Shown: piece after piece, positions 39,270 through 52,512 of the stretch
Layout of the letters: every line of letters starts with the position of its first letter
Numbering within the stretch: the stretch's first letter is position 1
Source of the DNA: Eledone cirrhosa
Lineage: Eukaryota
Assembly (NCBI GenBank): GCA_964016885.1
Contig: OZ024741.1
Location: forward strand, 94,736,001-94,800,000
Direction of reading: 5' to 3'
DNA length: 64,000 nt
The notes under the pieces: model-generated
The model's input: only the letters and a program-made list of their open reading frames with translations
What the model was told of the DNA's origin: nothing
Database searches by the model: none
Position numbers and translations under genes: made by a program

Positions 39270-39762
39270 CAAAGGAGTTTAAGACTGGATGCCCATGGGA
39301 ACTTCTCTATGCTGATGATCAGGTACTGATAGCAGAATCAGTAGAGGAGCTAGAGAATAAATTCTGGCTATGGAAACAGCAGTTGGAATCAAGAAGACTG
39401 AGAGTGAACCTAGCTAAGACTAAAGTGTTGATAAGTAAGAAAGAGGACAAGACTCTGATTCCATCAGGGAAATGGCCATATTCGATATGTAGAAAAGGAG
39501 TTGGCATAAATTCTATAAAAAGTACACAATGCAGATCTTGGGTATGCAAGAGATGTAGTGGGATAACAGACAAATTAACAGGCAAGGAAAACTTCATATG
39601 CAGTAGATATACAGGGAAAATTGACAGTAGAAGTCGCAATGATAGACACATTTTTCAAATGCAGGTAGGATCTATAGAGGTGGTTGATAGCTTCCGATAC
39701 CTAGGTGATAAGATTAGCAAGGGAGGAGGGTGCTCTGAGGCCGTTGTATCTAGAATAAGAAC
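39270..39762 (+). mobile_element. Older diverged fragment of the same RTE-like lineage
   Basis: EFKTGCPWELLYADD...NLAKTKVL...KWPYSICRKGVG...SFRYLGDKIS. Confidence 0.9.
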
Positions 39763-40101
39763 TGAAAAAAATGAAGTTTTTCACCTAATGCAGGCCCTAG
39801 GCCATACAAAAATTTGGATTTTCTTTGCTCACGGTATGAAGAAGAGACTGACTAATACAAGTTACAATTTCAAGGAAATCGGTCTGATGTAACGCCTCAA
39901 AAAACCCCTAAAAAGCTGAAAATACACAGTTTTTCACCTAATGCTGGCTTTAGGGGATCAAAAAGTTGAAATTTTTTATGTGCCTGAAACAAGTAATACA
40001 CATGTAAAGTTTGAAAAAAATCGGTTGGGTACTTCTCGAGTTTTAGGGATTCAAATTCACAGACACACACACACAGACATCCTCAGTTTTATATATATAG
40101 A
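39763..40101 (-). mobile_element. Non-autonomous Helitron 5' end
   Basis: Minus strand A|TCTATATATATAAA start. Shares the ttttcacctaatgc.gg...tagg subrepeat with 36047-36315. Confidence 0.7.
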
Positions 40102-40108
40102 TAGATAT

Positions 40109-40163
40109 ACTGCTATATATATTTCGGTGATAGCCATCATTGACTGTGACCTCTTCAGGCAGT
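40109..40163 (-). ncRNA. Type I hammerhead ribozyme motif, left arm of palindrome
   Basis: Reverse-complement copy of 40438-40492. Core intact, two substitutions in stem II. Confidence 0.8.
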
Positions 40164-40437
40164 CCGAATTGGTGTGGAAAAGACAGGTACACATGTTGTT
40201 GAAGTGCATTTTACTCTGTCAATACATCGATATGTCCAGCTCCTGGTTGTGTTGTTATTCCCCTGAGAAACTGGAATTATATCGTTGTTATTCCTCTGAG
40301 GAACTGGAATCATATCTGATATGATTCCAGTTCCTCAGAGGAATAACAACACAACCAGGAGCTGGACATATCGATGTATTGACGGAGTAAAACACACTTC
40401 AACAACATGTGTACCTGTCTTTTCCACACCAATTCGG

Positions 40438-40492
40438 ACTGCCTGAAGAGGTCACAGCCAATGATGGCTGTCACCGAAATATATATAGCAGT
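40438..40492 (+). ncRNA. Type I hammerhead ribozyme motif, right arm of palindrome
   Basis: Stem I actgc/gcagt; CTGAAGA (40443-40449); stem II ggtcacagcca-atga-tggctgtcacc; GAAA; palindromic TATATA; TA cleavage after 40487. Confidence 0.85.
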
Positions 40493-42759
40493 ATATCTAT
40501 AATTTATAATAAACAAAGCCAAATTTTACATATTTGACTTAATTATTTTATATATATATAAACATATTAAACTTAAGCCAAAATCTTAATTTGGGAGGAT
40601 ATAACCTAGACCGACTAAAATAAGTTTGTTTTACTCAAATCTTCTTCTTCCACTTCTTCTTCACTATTTAACATCAATTTCCCATGCTTGCATAAGTTTG
40701 ACAGATTGTAACACTCTGGGGCACAACTAGTCAAGTAACCATGTCTGGCTCATATGTTCCATTTTGGGCATGGCTTTTTACACTTGGATTGCCTTTCTTA
40801 ACACCAACCACTTTACAATATGTATTGGGAACATTTTGTTGTGACTCGAACAGTACCCTCTTACAGAGTGGACTGGGTACTTTTGTTGTGGCACCAGCAC
40901 TACCACTCTACAGAGTGGGCTGGGTGCATTTATATTGTGGACCCATCACTGGGGAGGCATTGATAGGTGTAGGAGGGTCACACCACTGTGGGAGAATAAG
41001 TATCAGGTTATAGGAATAGTCTTGAAGAGAGTGAGTTGAATCTAGTGGTATATATATATAAAGCCTCCAAAATTATAATGATCCCCAGAAGATAGCCAAT
41101 GAATGAAAATTGTCCATGTGCTTGTCTCTTCCAAGTTTTCTGTTTCCTACATTTCTCCCACATGTTTTTTTAATGATATTATCATTGTAACTACACAACC
41201 TAATTTTTAAATCAAACTGTTTATATATATATATATATATATATCATCGTTTAACGTCTATCTTCCACGCATATATATATATATATATATATATATGGCA
41301 GTATACGAGTCGTATGTGCGCGCTTTAACCTTCTCTGGAAGAAATTGGCTGTGTTCAGACCTGGAGAGGCAATGGGCTCTGCCAGGTCAAAAATGGCCAA
41401 GAGACACTGTATGTTCCTATGACACCCCTAATACTCCACCATGACTTACAGATTAAAAGAAGGAAGCGTGTGTCTGTGTATGCATGTTTATGTATATATA
41501 TATATATATATATATCATTGTCATAGTAGTGATGTGGCTAATGCTAATGTTTGTATGTGTATCTGTGTATGTCAATAAACTTTGGATCTTTCTTTTGGTG
41601 AATCAGAACAGAAAACAGAATTTTCTGTAAACTAGACTTGAGGACTGACCTCAATAAATGTATAAATGCATGAATATAGTCCTTTTGATAATATTAATGA
41701 AAAACTATATAAATAAACAAATAAATAACATAAATTCGATAAAATATAAGTGGCAAAGTTTGCAGAATATTTGTTGAAAAAAAAAGAAGAAAATATTTAT
41801 ATCTATATCTATCTATCTGTCTATCTATATCTAAATATATATATATAATCTTAGGAAAATTAACAAAGAGAAGACAAGACAATGAATGAAAACAACGAAA
41901 AACAATTTTTTGAAGGGGAAACCTTAGAAAACTATTTTATGAAAATAAAAATACAAACGAAAGACACAGAAATCCAGTCTTCAGCCATTGAGATGGACTT
42001 TGGCAGTTTCGACCCCTACCAAAGGTACTGCTGATCCAACTGGGGACACAGTGTCTATTTTGTCTTATCTCTTACTCCATGGACAGTCCTTTGGCTTGTG
42101 TCAGTCGCTGTGACCCCAGTTGGACCAGCAATACTGTTGGTTTTTCTCTCAATTCATCCATGCTTTGCTGTTCTGATACATTAACATTGCACATCCATTG
42201 CACCCAGTCTATGCTGTAAAGTGGTGCTGGTGTTAGGAAGGGCATCCAACCAGTATATATACTACTGCAAACACTATGAACACGATTGAAAAAAATCCAT
42301 CGAAGCCCGTTTGCCTCATTTTTCTCCATCCTTCGAATGTCCTCTGCCTTCACTGCTCATGTCTTACTACCAAGCATCACACTTTGCACACAGAGGTCGC
42401 AGTTCCCTAAACTTTTTACATCTTGTCCTTATTCTAGTTACTATGTATATGGAAAAAAAGCTCCCTTATGATGTACTGGAAAAAAAACTTGATGAAGCCC
42501 TTCTTTACTTACTTATTTTATAAACACATGTTTATTTTTCTTAATGGTTTATTCAGGGGTTACACATACACAAACAACTACAACTACCACTTATGATGTC
42601 CAAATTGTGCTTTCTATAACTAAGTAATTTTTCTCTAGTAGTGACAGTCCACTGGTAAATATATATCATAGCTGATACCTTCCTATGCAAGTTTAGAAAG
42701 ATCACATTAAAAAGGTGATTATGATGATGACAAGGATTGTTATTATTATCATGTTATTT

Positions 42760-44308
42760 AGGGCAGTGTGATGGAATGGTAGAATTGTTAGAGTAACAGA
42801 CAAAAATGCCTTGCGGTATTTAGTTATGGCTCTTTTCATTCTGAGTTCAAGTATCTCCGAAGTCAACTTTGCGTTTCATCCTTCCTGGGGTGATAAAATT
42901 AAGGAACAGTCAAATACTGGATTCAATTTCATCAGCTGTCCCCTCCCCTTAATTCAAAAACTGCTGGCTTTGTGCTTAAATTAGAAACCATTGTCACAAA
43001 GTTATGTCCCTATATATTCTCAGTTCAAATCCCAACAAATTCAACTTTGGCTTTCATCATTCCAGGGTCAAGTACAGCAGGAAGGAGGTGATTAATGCTT
43101 TTGATACCAAACCACCTGAAACCGGACCTGGTTCTATAATACAAAACTGTTTATATTTATCTAAAAACCTTCCATCATAATTTTATATGAGAATTTTTTT
43201 CTACATAATGCTTCAAACACCAGATTAATAATTATATTTTTAATTGAGGCACAAGGCCATCAATTTGTGGGGAGAGGAAGCTTAATAATATCAACCCCAG
43301 TTATTTATTGGCATTATATTTTATCAACCTGGAAGGAAGAAAAGTAAAGTTGACCTTGGCAGGATTTGAACTCAGAATGTAACAAGCTGGAATGAATACT
43401 ATTAAGCATTCTTCAGGCACTCTAATGACCACCCCAAACACCAGATTAATAATGATTTCTACTATAGGTACAAGGCCAGCAATTTTGGAAGAGGAGAAAT
43501 ATGATTAAATCGACCCAAGTGTATTACTGGTGCTTTATTTTATCGACCCTGTAAGGATGAAAGACAAAGCTAACCTTGGCAAGAATTGAACTCCGAACGT
43601 AAAAAGCCAGAAACTCTATGCTGCAAAGCATGGTGTCTGATGCTCTACCATTCCACCAATCCACCACCCTCTAAACACCAGATTAGTAGTGAGAAAGTTA
43701 GTATGTTACTAAATCTTTCTAAAATTGGCACAAGGTCAACAATTTTGGGGTTAGGGTAAAGTCGATTATACTAACCCAAGTTCTTTTACTGGTACTTTAT
43801 TTTATCAACACTGGAATTTACTACAAAATGTGAGGTCTTATGCCAATGTTAGAAATTGTTATTATTATTATCTAAGGCTAGTGGATTGGCAGTATCGGTA
43901 GAGCGTCGGACAACATGCTTTGCAGCATAGAGTTACGGCTCTTTACGGTCTGAGTTCAAATCTTGCGGAGGTTAACTTTGCCTTTCATCCTTACAAAGTC
44001 AATAAAATAAAGCACCAGTAATGCACTGGGGTCGATTTAATTGACTCACCCACCCAAAAAATTGCTGGCCTTGTGCCCATAGTAGAAATCATTATTATTA
44101 TTTTCTTCTTGGAGGGCGGTGGATTGGCAGTATCGGTGGAGGGTAGGACGCCATGCTTTGCAGCAAAGAGTTACGTCCCTTTATGGTCTGAGTTCAAATC
44201 CCGCCGAGGTTAACTTTGCCTTTCATCCTTACGGGGTCAATAAAATAAAGTACCAGTAATACACTGGGTAATTGCTGGCCTTGTGCCTAAAGTGGAAATA
44301 ATTATTAT
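42760..44308. mobile_element. Cluster of dominant SINE copies in both orientations
   Basis: About 42760-42992(+), 43238-43440(-), 43450-43670(-), 43876-44102(+), 44113-44308(+). Confidence 0.85.
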
Positions 44309-44664
44309 TTTCTTCTTTATATTTATATTCTTGGCTAAATTAAGAAAACATTTCTCTTGTTCTCTTGCATAGTGTGCATGTACACACATACACACACGCA
44401 AACATGATCATACCCACACATACATATACACACAGACACACTCAAACACACTCACAAACATATACACATGTATATATACATATATGCATTAGTGTATGTG
44501 CATATGTGTGCGTGTATGAGTTTCTTGCTTGTTTCGTAGACGTAATGAATGTTTGTTTATTTAATTATGTTCAAATATGAATATATATATATATATAACG
44601 AATGAATGATGATTAACACGATAAGCGATACAATAGGGTATAATTCCAAGCATTACACACACTT

Positions 44665-44714
<50 letters not shown>

Positions 44715-45001
44715 ACATTCTGAAGAAAATTCTTGGTGATTTCCATCATTTGGAAGTAATATACCATTCTTGTCTTTCTTACATTTCTCTATAGAGATTT
44801 TGGTGGGGGAAGAGGTGGGTGGAGCTTTTCTAAAGAAAAGGGGTAGGGTATTATCTTTCTTTTATTCCTCATTGTGCTTCTATTTTCTTCAGACAATATA
44901 ATTCTGTGATTCTGGCAGACCATTTTTTTAACACTTCTTTTCTTTCTACCTATTTCTTTTACTTATCATTATCTCTATTGTATTTGTATATGCCAATATA
45001 A

Positions 45002-45042
<41 letters not shown>

Positions 45043-45237
45043 TATACATATATATGCACATGCACACACACACATATATATATATATATATACATATATA
45101 CATATATACATATATATTTATATACATATATATATACACATATATATATATATATATATATACATACATATATATATATATACATACATATATATATGTA
45201 TATATGTATACACACACACATATTTATATATATATAA

Positions 45238-45310
<73 letters not shown>

Positions 45311-45759
45311 GCCCATACACATATATTTATATTCATACCACAATATGTTTGTTATTTGCATGGTGTTGTATTACAAAAAAAATGTTTTGTATTGTAAAGC
45401 TTGTGTCTTGTTACCCCTATGGCAAGTTAAGAGATTATTGTTGTCATTATTGTTGTAGTTGTTATTATTATTTTCACACTGCTGCAGCAATGAGATGGAA
45501 TTGCTTTTCATCTAACAGAACCTGATGCTGACTCTTTGATCAATTCACTGCAAAAGTCTTTTCCTTTTTTTCTTCATTTTTTAGGGGAGGATGGGGGAGG
45601 GTTATTATATTTATTTATTTACTTATTTAATTTGCAGGAGGCAGAAGATGGGGAGATGGAAGTGAAGGAGATAATAGTTTTGTTGTGGTTCCTTCTATTG
45701 TTTTTTACAATTTTGTACACACTCACACATATTCTATCTACCAATAATAATAATAATGA

Positions 45760-45980
45760 TAATGGTTTCTGATTTAGATACAAGGCCAGCAATTTGAGGG
45801 TAGGGGGGAAGTCAATTAAATCGACTCCAGTGTGTTACTGGTACTTTATTTTTTTTACCACGTAAGGATGAAAGACAAAGATAACTTCGGCAGAATTTGA
45901 ACTCAGATCGTAAAGGTTCATAACCCTATGCCATGAAGCATGTTATCCGATACTCTAACAACACTGCTAATCCACCACCC
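45760..45980 (-). mobile_element. Dominant SINE; further minus copies 47215-47415 and 47503-47594
   Basis: Diagnostic motifs, inserted in (AAT)n. Confidence 0.85.
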
Positions 45981-46124
45981 CAATAATAATAATAATAATG
46001 ATAATAATAATAATAATCATTTTATGTTCCCTTTCCATGCTGGCATGGGCTGGATAAATTTTGACAGTTTTAGACTAAACAGGTTGGGGAACCATGTCCC
46101 ACGCTTACATTCCATTTTCTTCTT

Positions 46125-47075
46125 CTTCCACTTATTCTTGAGAGGGTCATGGAGGCAGTCTTCAAACACTCCTTTCAGTATTGTCCTATCAGAAGCAACA
46201 GTCTCCAATTGATCCAGCTGGATACTCGAGTAAGATCAGCTAAGCTCATGGATTTTATCCAACCAGCTTGCTTGGGGTCTACGCCTGGGTCTCCTGCCGG
46301 TTGGTTTTGCCCTTAAATCTGTCCAGCGATTTTTTCCTGAAACATTTTAATCACATGCCCATAGTATTGGAGATGTGATCTCTCAATTCAAAGAAGCGGC
46401 TCTACCTGGAGTGACTCTCTGATCTCATAGCTACGCACTCTATTGAGTAACATTACTCCAGAGACCCTTCAGAGGAACCCCATTTCAGCCGCTTGTATTC
46501 AGGATTATATTCTTTTGGTCATTACCAAAGATTCACGACCATAAGTAAGGATTGGCACGAATACCGAATTGAAAATAGCGAGTTTGGCTTTTGCACCTAC
46601 CTCCCTTCTTCCGATTACCAAATGCTGAAGCTGGTGCATTGCTGCACCAACCCCTGCAATTCTTGCACTCAATTCAACCTTCTGCCGTCCATCCCTAATG
46701 AACACTGCTCCAAGATATATGAACGTCTCCACCTGCTTCAGTGCACAGGATTCCTTGAGAGCACAAGTGTCTCAGTTTTCACAGTACTGATTTTCATTCC
46801 AGCCATGCAGCACTCGGCATCAAACCTATCAAGTGCAAGTTCGAGATCACCTTCTGTTGAGTTAAGTAACACCATGTCATCTGCAAATTCCAGCCAAGTG
46901 ATTTTATACCCGCCAGTCATGATACCACTTCCAACCCGACTCTGCATGTCAATCCTGTTCATGTAAATAATGAACAGAGATAATAATACGTACCCTTTGC
47001 AGAGTCCGACTCCCACATTGAATGGTTTCGATTTAGCACCATTTAACCGAACATAAATACTCGGGAATTCTCTAT
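46125..47075 (-). mobile_element. RTE-clade LINE fragment (family 2) with RT
   Basis: PFNVGVGL.KG..LS, FADDMVLL, GMKISTVKTETLV, FIYLG, FNSVFVPILTYGRESLVM. Confidence 0.9.
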
Positions 47076-47419
47076 TTGTTGTGCTCATAATATTGGCATT
47101 TATTATACTGGTTGGGTGCCCTTCCTAACACCAGCACCACTTTACAGCATGTACTGGGTGCTTTTATTCATACCACCAGCACTAGAGAGGTTGTCTTACT
47201 GGACTCAGGGGCCCAATAATAATAATAATTGTTTCTAAATTTGGCACAAGGCCAGCAATCACCCAGTGCATTACTGGTACCTTATTTTATCGACCCCATA
47301 AGGATGAAAGGCAAAGTTGACCTCAGCAGGAATTGAACTTAGACTGTAAAGGGCCGTAGCTCTATGCTGCAAAGCATGGCGTCCGACCTTCTACCGATAC
47401 TGCCAATCCACCGCCATTA

Positions 47420-47905
47420 ATGATAATAATATTAATAATGAAATTATTGTGTACAGTGCTCAAGTACACTACAACTCATCAAAGGTGCATGTATAGTACA
47501 TAGAATAATTGATTCTATTTTTAGGCACAAGGCCAGCAATTACCCAGTACATTACTGGTACTTTATTTTATTGACCCTGTAAGGATGAAAGGCAATAGAA
47601 TAATGTACAAATGTCAGGAAAATGAACAGTGTATGAGTCATGAAATACATGTGTGCATGTGTATGGAGGAGGATATCAGGTATAGTTTTGGCAAATCTCA
47701 GGAAGCATGGAGGTTTTAAAAGATGCAGTGTCTCGACACTTAATAACTGATGCAGGTAGTTTGTTCCATGCTTCAGCAACTCTGAGCGTGAAAACATGTT
47801 TCCGAACATCATGGGAGCTGTGCTGTTTTCTGACTTTATAGGCATGCCCACGTGTGTTAGACATATGGAAATCAAAAAGGTGCTCAGGGTTGTTATTGGC
47901 AAGAA
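47420..47905 (-). mobile_element. CR1-like LINE 3' fragment interrupted by a SINE piece; tail fragment also at ~13300-13408
   Basis: NTRGHAYKV...RKHVFTLRVAEAWNKLP; 3'UTR matches 51700-51925. Confidence 0.85.
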
Positions 47906-48316
47906 CTTCTTTGTATATATTTTTCGTTTCTCTCTCTCTGTTTGTCTATATGTTCCTCTCTATGTCTCTCTATTTTTGTCACTATCTCCCACTCTGTCTC
48001 TGTATATAGGTCGTTCTCTTTTCTCCTCCCCCTCTCTCTCATTATCTCTTTTTCTCTCTATCTGTATTTGTATGTATGTGCCTTTCACTCTGTTTGTTTC
48101 TCTCTCTCTCTATATATATATATACATATATATTATGTATACACACTTGCAAGCACACACGTCCTTATATATATATATATACCATAAAGAGAGACGAACA
48201 CAGATATATACATATATGCATTCAAATCACAAGGGACAAAAACCGCCAGGGTGAAGTGAATACTGACTAAAGATAATTCGGTTCACAAGACTCAATTAAA
48301 TATATATATATATATA

Positions 48317-48765
48317 GTGAAGGTGCATGGCTAAGTGGTTAGAGCATTGGGCTTACAATCAAAAGGTTGTGAGTTCAATTCTCGGACCGGGTGATGTGCT
48401 GTTTCCTTGAGTAAGACACTTTATTTCACATTGCTCCAGTTTACTCAGCTGTAGAAATGAGATGATAGGACTGGGGTCCCTATCATTCCAATGCAAAGTG
48501 GTCGTGGAGGTGCCACGGCAAAAAAGCACCCAGCCCACAATGTAAAGTGGACGTGTAGGCGCCTCAGAAAAAAAACACCCAGCACTCACTGTAAATGAGG
48601 TTGGTGTTAGGAAGGGCATCCATCTGTAGAAATCAAGCTAAAGTCAGTTCCAGTATGATGAGCAAGACAAGGTCAGCCAACCGGACACTGCCCACAACAG
48701 GACAACCCGTCTAACCCATGCTAGCGTGGAAGAACAGATGTAAAACGGTGATGATGATGATGATT
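48317..48765 (+). mobile_element. tRNA-headed SINE whose 3' part matches the RTE-like LINE 3'UTR
   Basis: Head as at 20232; then cactgtaaatgaggttggtgttaggaagggcatcca.ctgtagaaa and acccatgctagcgtggaa...(GAT)n. Confidence 0.8.
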
Positions 48766-49049
48766 ATATATATGAAGTTTGTTTGTTTTTTGGTGACTGC
48801 TAATAACATTAAATAAAGTTGGTAATAATTAAAGTTTTGCATGTGTTTTCAACTAATTTGACCTCCAACATGCAATCCCCTTTTATTCCTTGAAAATGGA
48901 ATGGGGGGGGGGGGGGGGGCGCAGGAGGAGGTGACCCTTGTTTTTTCCCAGCCTCAGAGATTTTTTCAGTATGAATTCTTTTTCCTTTTTTAGGTTTTTT
49001 CGTTTGTTTTGGACCGATATGACATCTGACTCACTCACCAATGACTCCT

Positions 49050-51925
49050 TTTTCCAAAAACGGAGACAGGGAGGGAGAAGGACCCTCAGAGTTACAGATA
49101 ATCACTTCTTAGCTGTTGCGTGCTGCAGCTTCTTTAAACCGCAGCTCGGCAGAACATGAAAGCTTCAGCCTACGAGATGATGGGCAGATATGGAAGTTTG
49201 TTAAGGCTGGTGAAACATGGAAAAGAGACACCAGCTGGTCTGAAAACACTGTACCCACAACAACTGACAATAAAGAAACTGAAAAAACTCTGGGAAACTA
49301 AATCAGAACAACCTGCCATCCCCTGCACATAATCATAGACTGAAATTAAGGTACAAATTGTTGTCCTTGAATGCACGTAGTCTATGCAATAAGATTCATC
49401 TTTTTGACTCCTACGTCAAAAGTATCAACCCTGACTTCATTACAGTCACGGAAACTTGGGCACATCCCTTACTCTGTGATGGGGTTTTCAGCATGACTGG
49501 CTACAACCTGTTTCGTAAAGACCGCATTAATCATCGTGGTGGTGGTGTAATGGTCTACGTTCGGTCAAATCTGTCGGCAATTCCTTGTGTTGATTTGAAC
49601 CAATCACAGCAGGAAGTTTTTTTCTGCGATATACGTATGACCATGTCAACACTGCTACTTGGAGTCGTTTACCGTCCCCCAAATTACCATCAGGACACTC
49701 AACTTTGTGATATCCTCAGAGCTGCTGCTAGGAAGACAGCCACTTATGTTTTCATTGCAGGAGACTTCAATCACCCTGAGATTGACTGGGAAACCTTTCG
49801 TTGGCCGCCAAGTGCAAATGACTTCCTTGAGCTAGTGCTGGACTCGAGTTGGTCCCAAGTGGTCACCTCCCCAACAAAGGTGACAACACTTTGGACCTAC
49901 TCTTCACCACTACTCCTGAAACGGTCATTAGTGTTACTGCTGAGGAACCTTTAGGTGACTCTGATCATGCTATGATTATTGCCAATCTATCCATCATGGG
50001 CAGTAACAAGAACCACAACCATCTCCAAACTGCCCACTTTCACTGGAATAAAGCAGACTGGAACTGTTACTGCACCGAGTTGCAACAGCCAAACTGGCTT
50101 GAGTTCTACGACTCTGGAGATGTCAACACTGTACTCCAGAACATCCTGAGCTCAATATGGACAGCATGTGCAGCATCGGTGCCACGTAAACGGAAAAAAC
50201 ATCCCAAAAGTGCAATTTGGGACACTCCAGCAGTCCGTCTTGCCAGAAAAGAACGGCGCAATGCTGAACATGAGTACAAACTTCACAAATCAGACATTTA
50301 TAGGAAGAGGCAAAATAGATCGTCCAACCACCTCAAACAGGTGACAAAAAAGGCAGTGCTTCAATTTGAGCAGTGCATAGCAACCAGCCCTGACAGTAAG
50401 GTGTTCTGGAAGTATGTTCACTCAAAGCAGAGTCCTCACTCTCCAGTTGGTTCTCTTCGCAATCCCCACACAAGCCAGGTTACTGACGACCCCAAGGAAT
50501 GCGCAGAGCTCATTGCTGAATGCTATGCAGGCATTTTTACTATTGAAAACCAGAGTGTACCATCTCCACCACCTATGACACCGGACTCTATTACAACCAT
50601 GGAATTTACACCTGCAATGCTGCGACGTCACCTAAAAAATAAACGCAACCATGCCTTTCCTGGTCTTGATGGTGTTACGTACCTGCTTCTTAAACGTGGT
50701 GGGTACTTCCTTCTGCACCAGTTATCACGCTTCTTCCAATTCTGTCTGAACAACAGTGCTACTCCAGAACAGTGGAAAATTGCCAGTGTCATTCCTCTGT
50801 TCAAAAAGGTGACCGCACATCACCTGTGAACTATCGTCCAGTGAGTCTTACTAGTTGCATTGCCAAACTGATGGAATCCTGTGTCAGAGAAACACTTTAG
50901 AACTTCTGGAGCTCTCACAGTCTTATCCGGCCCTCTCAATTTGGATTTATCCCCAACTCCAGCTGATGTGATCAACTTATAGAGTTTCTTGAGGACATCA
51001 CCCGGATCACTGATGGCGGCTCATGGGTGGATGTTGTTTACCTTGACTTTGCGAAAGCCTTCAATTCTGTGCCACACAAAATCCTTATGGCAAAACTCTC
51101 TGCAATGGGTGTGAAGGGATGATCTTTTTAACTGGTTGAAGTCCTTCATTCTCAGTCGAAGAGAGGTAGTCACGGTTTTGGGACAGCATTCCTCACCATA
51201 TGAGATGTCATCTGGTGTACCACAGGGATCTGTTCTTGGCCCCCTTTTGTTTGTGGCATATATTAATGACATAGATGCCAACTTAAAGAATGCCACGGTA
51301 CTAAAGTACGCAGATGACATGAAGCTGTACCTTGAGATAAAAAGGACAGATCCTGAACACTATAGATCTTGCTTGCAGTCTGACCTGGACACAATGCAAC
51401 AATGAATCTCAGACTGGCAACTCAAGCTAGCTGTGGACAAGTGCACCACCATACATTTTGGGAGTAAAAACCCAGCGTCCACATACGCCCTCCACAGCAC
51501 TAATATCAAGAAGTCTTCTTGTGAACGTGACCTGGGCATTACGGTCAGCAGCGATTTGCGTTGGACGAAGCACGTCTCTAAAATTGTCAAGAGGGCTGAG
51601 GGTGTCTTAGCATCACTCAACAAGACCTTTGTCAACCGCTCTCCAGATATCTATTTAAGGCTGTACATGGTTATGGTGCGGCCACACTACCTGCATCAGT
51701 TGTTAGCTGTCGAGACACTGCATCCTTTAAGGCCTCCATGCTTCCCAAGATCCGCCAACACTACAGTTAATGTTCCTCCTCCATACACACATGTATACCA
51801 TGACTCGTACACTATTCACTTCCCTGACATTTGTGTATTATTCTATGTACTATACTTACACCTTTGACGAGTTGTAGTGCACCTGAGCGCTTTACACAAT
51901 AATTTCATTATTATTATTTATTATT
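49050..51925 (+). mobile_element. CR1-like LINE: ORF1 C-terminus, APE endonuclease and RT (pseudogenised), (ATT)n tail
   Basis: LNARSL, ITVTETW, RGGGV, VYRPP, GDFN, LDL, SDH; NYRPVSL, YLDFAKAF, GVPQGSVLGP, YADD; frameshifts and stops; internal deletion near 51685. Confidence 0.92.
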
Positions 51926-52117
51926 AAATTTATAGAAAAGCACCCACTGGGGATTGCAAACAAATTCTTTTTTACTAGGTTTTTATGTGTTTATTCAACA
52001 AATTTGACTTCCAACATGCTCACAATTGCTCTTTTCTCCTGAAAACGGTCGCTATAACAGCAGTAACAAAGCATTTTGGTGCATTTTTTTATTCCCTATT
52101 CAGACCCATTCCCCACT

Positions 52118-52512
52118 GGTGTAAAAACTTGACGTCTGTTTGGAAAATGGACGAGTGTATTTTACAGCACAAAATGCAGCCCAACAAGCAATAGCACCAA
52201 GAAAGACAACTTTGCTAGCATTTTTTAACTTTGTAGAACTGAGTCTTACACAAACTCTACTACATGAACAAATACCATTATACTTCAGCTTTGATAAACA
52301 AAGAAGAAAATGGAACCAACGAAAACAAGGAGGACCAATAGAAAACCATCCTGAAATTCGTAAAGCAGAAATACTAGGTTTACACAATACATCCAGGACA
52401 GCGTGAATATTTCCACTTGAGGCTGCCTGCTTAATGAAGTTAGAGGCTCTCAAGAATTTGATGAACTTCTTAAAGTGAATGGAGCTTTGTAACACCTATC
52501 AAGAAGTCTGCA
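52118..52512 (+). mobile_element. Helitron Rep-helicase coding fragment
   Basis: ENGRVYFT...KTTLLAFF...TLLHEQIPLYFSFDKQRRKWNQRKQG, then FHLRL..NEVRGSQEFDELLKVNG..CNTYQEVC. Confidence 0.8.

Larger units (their letters stand above)
40101..40500. repeat. ~400-bp palindrome (1-nt spacer at 40317), probable Penelope-like element terminus with inverted duplication
   Basis: Arms are reverse complements with few substitutions. The left arm has an extra 33-nt tandem duplication (40251-40283). Confidence 0.9.
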
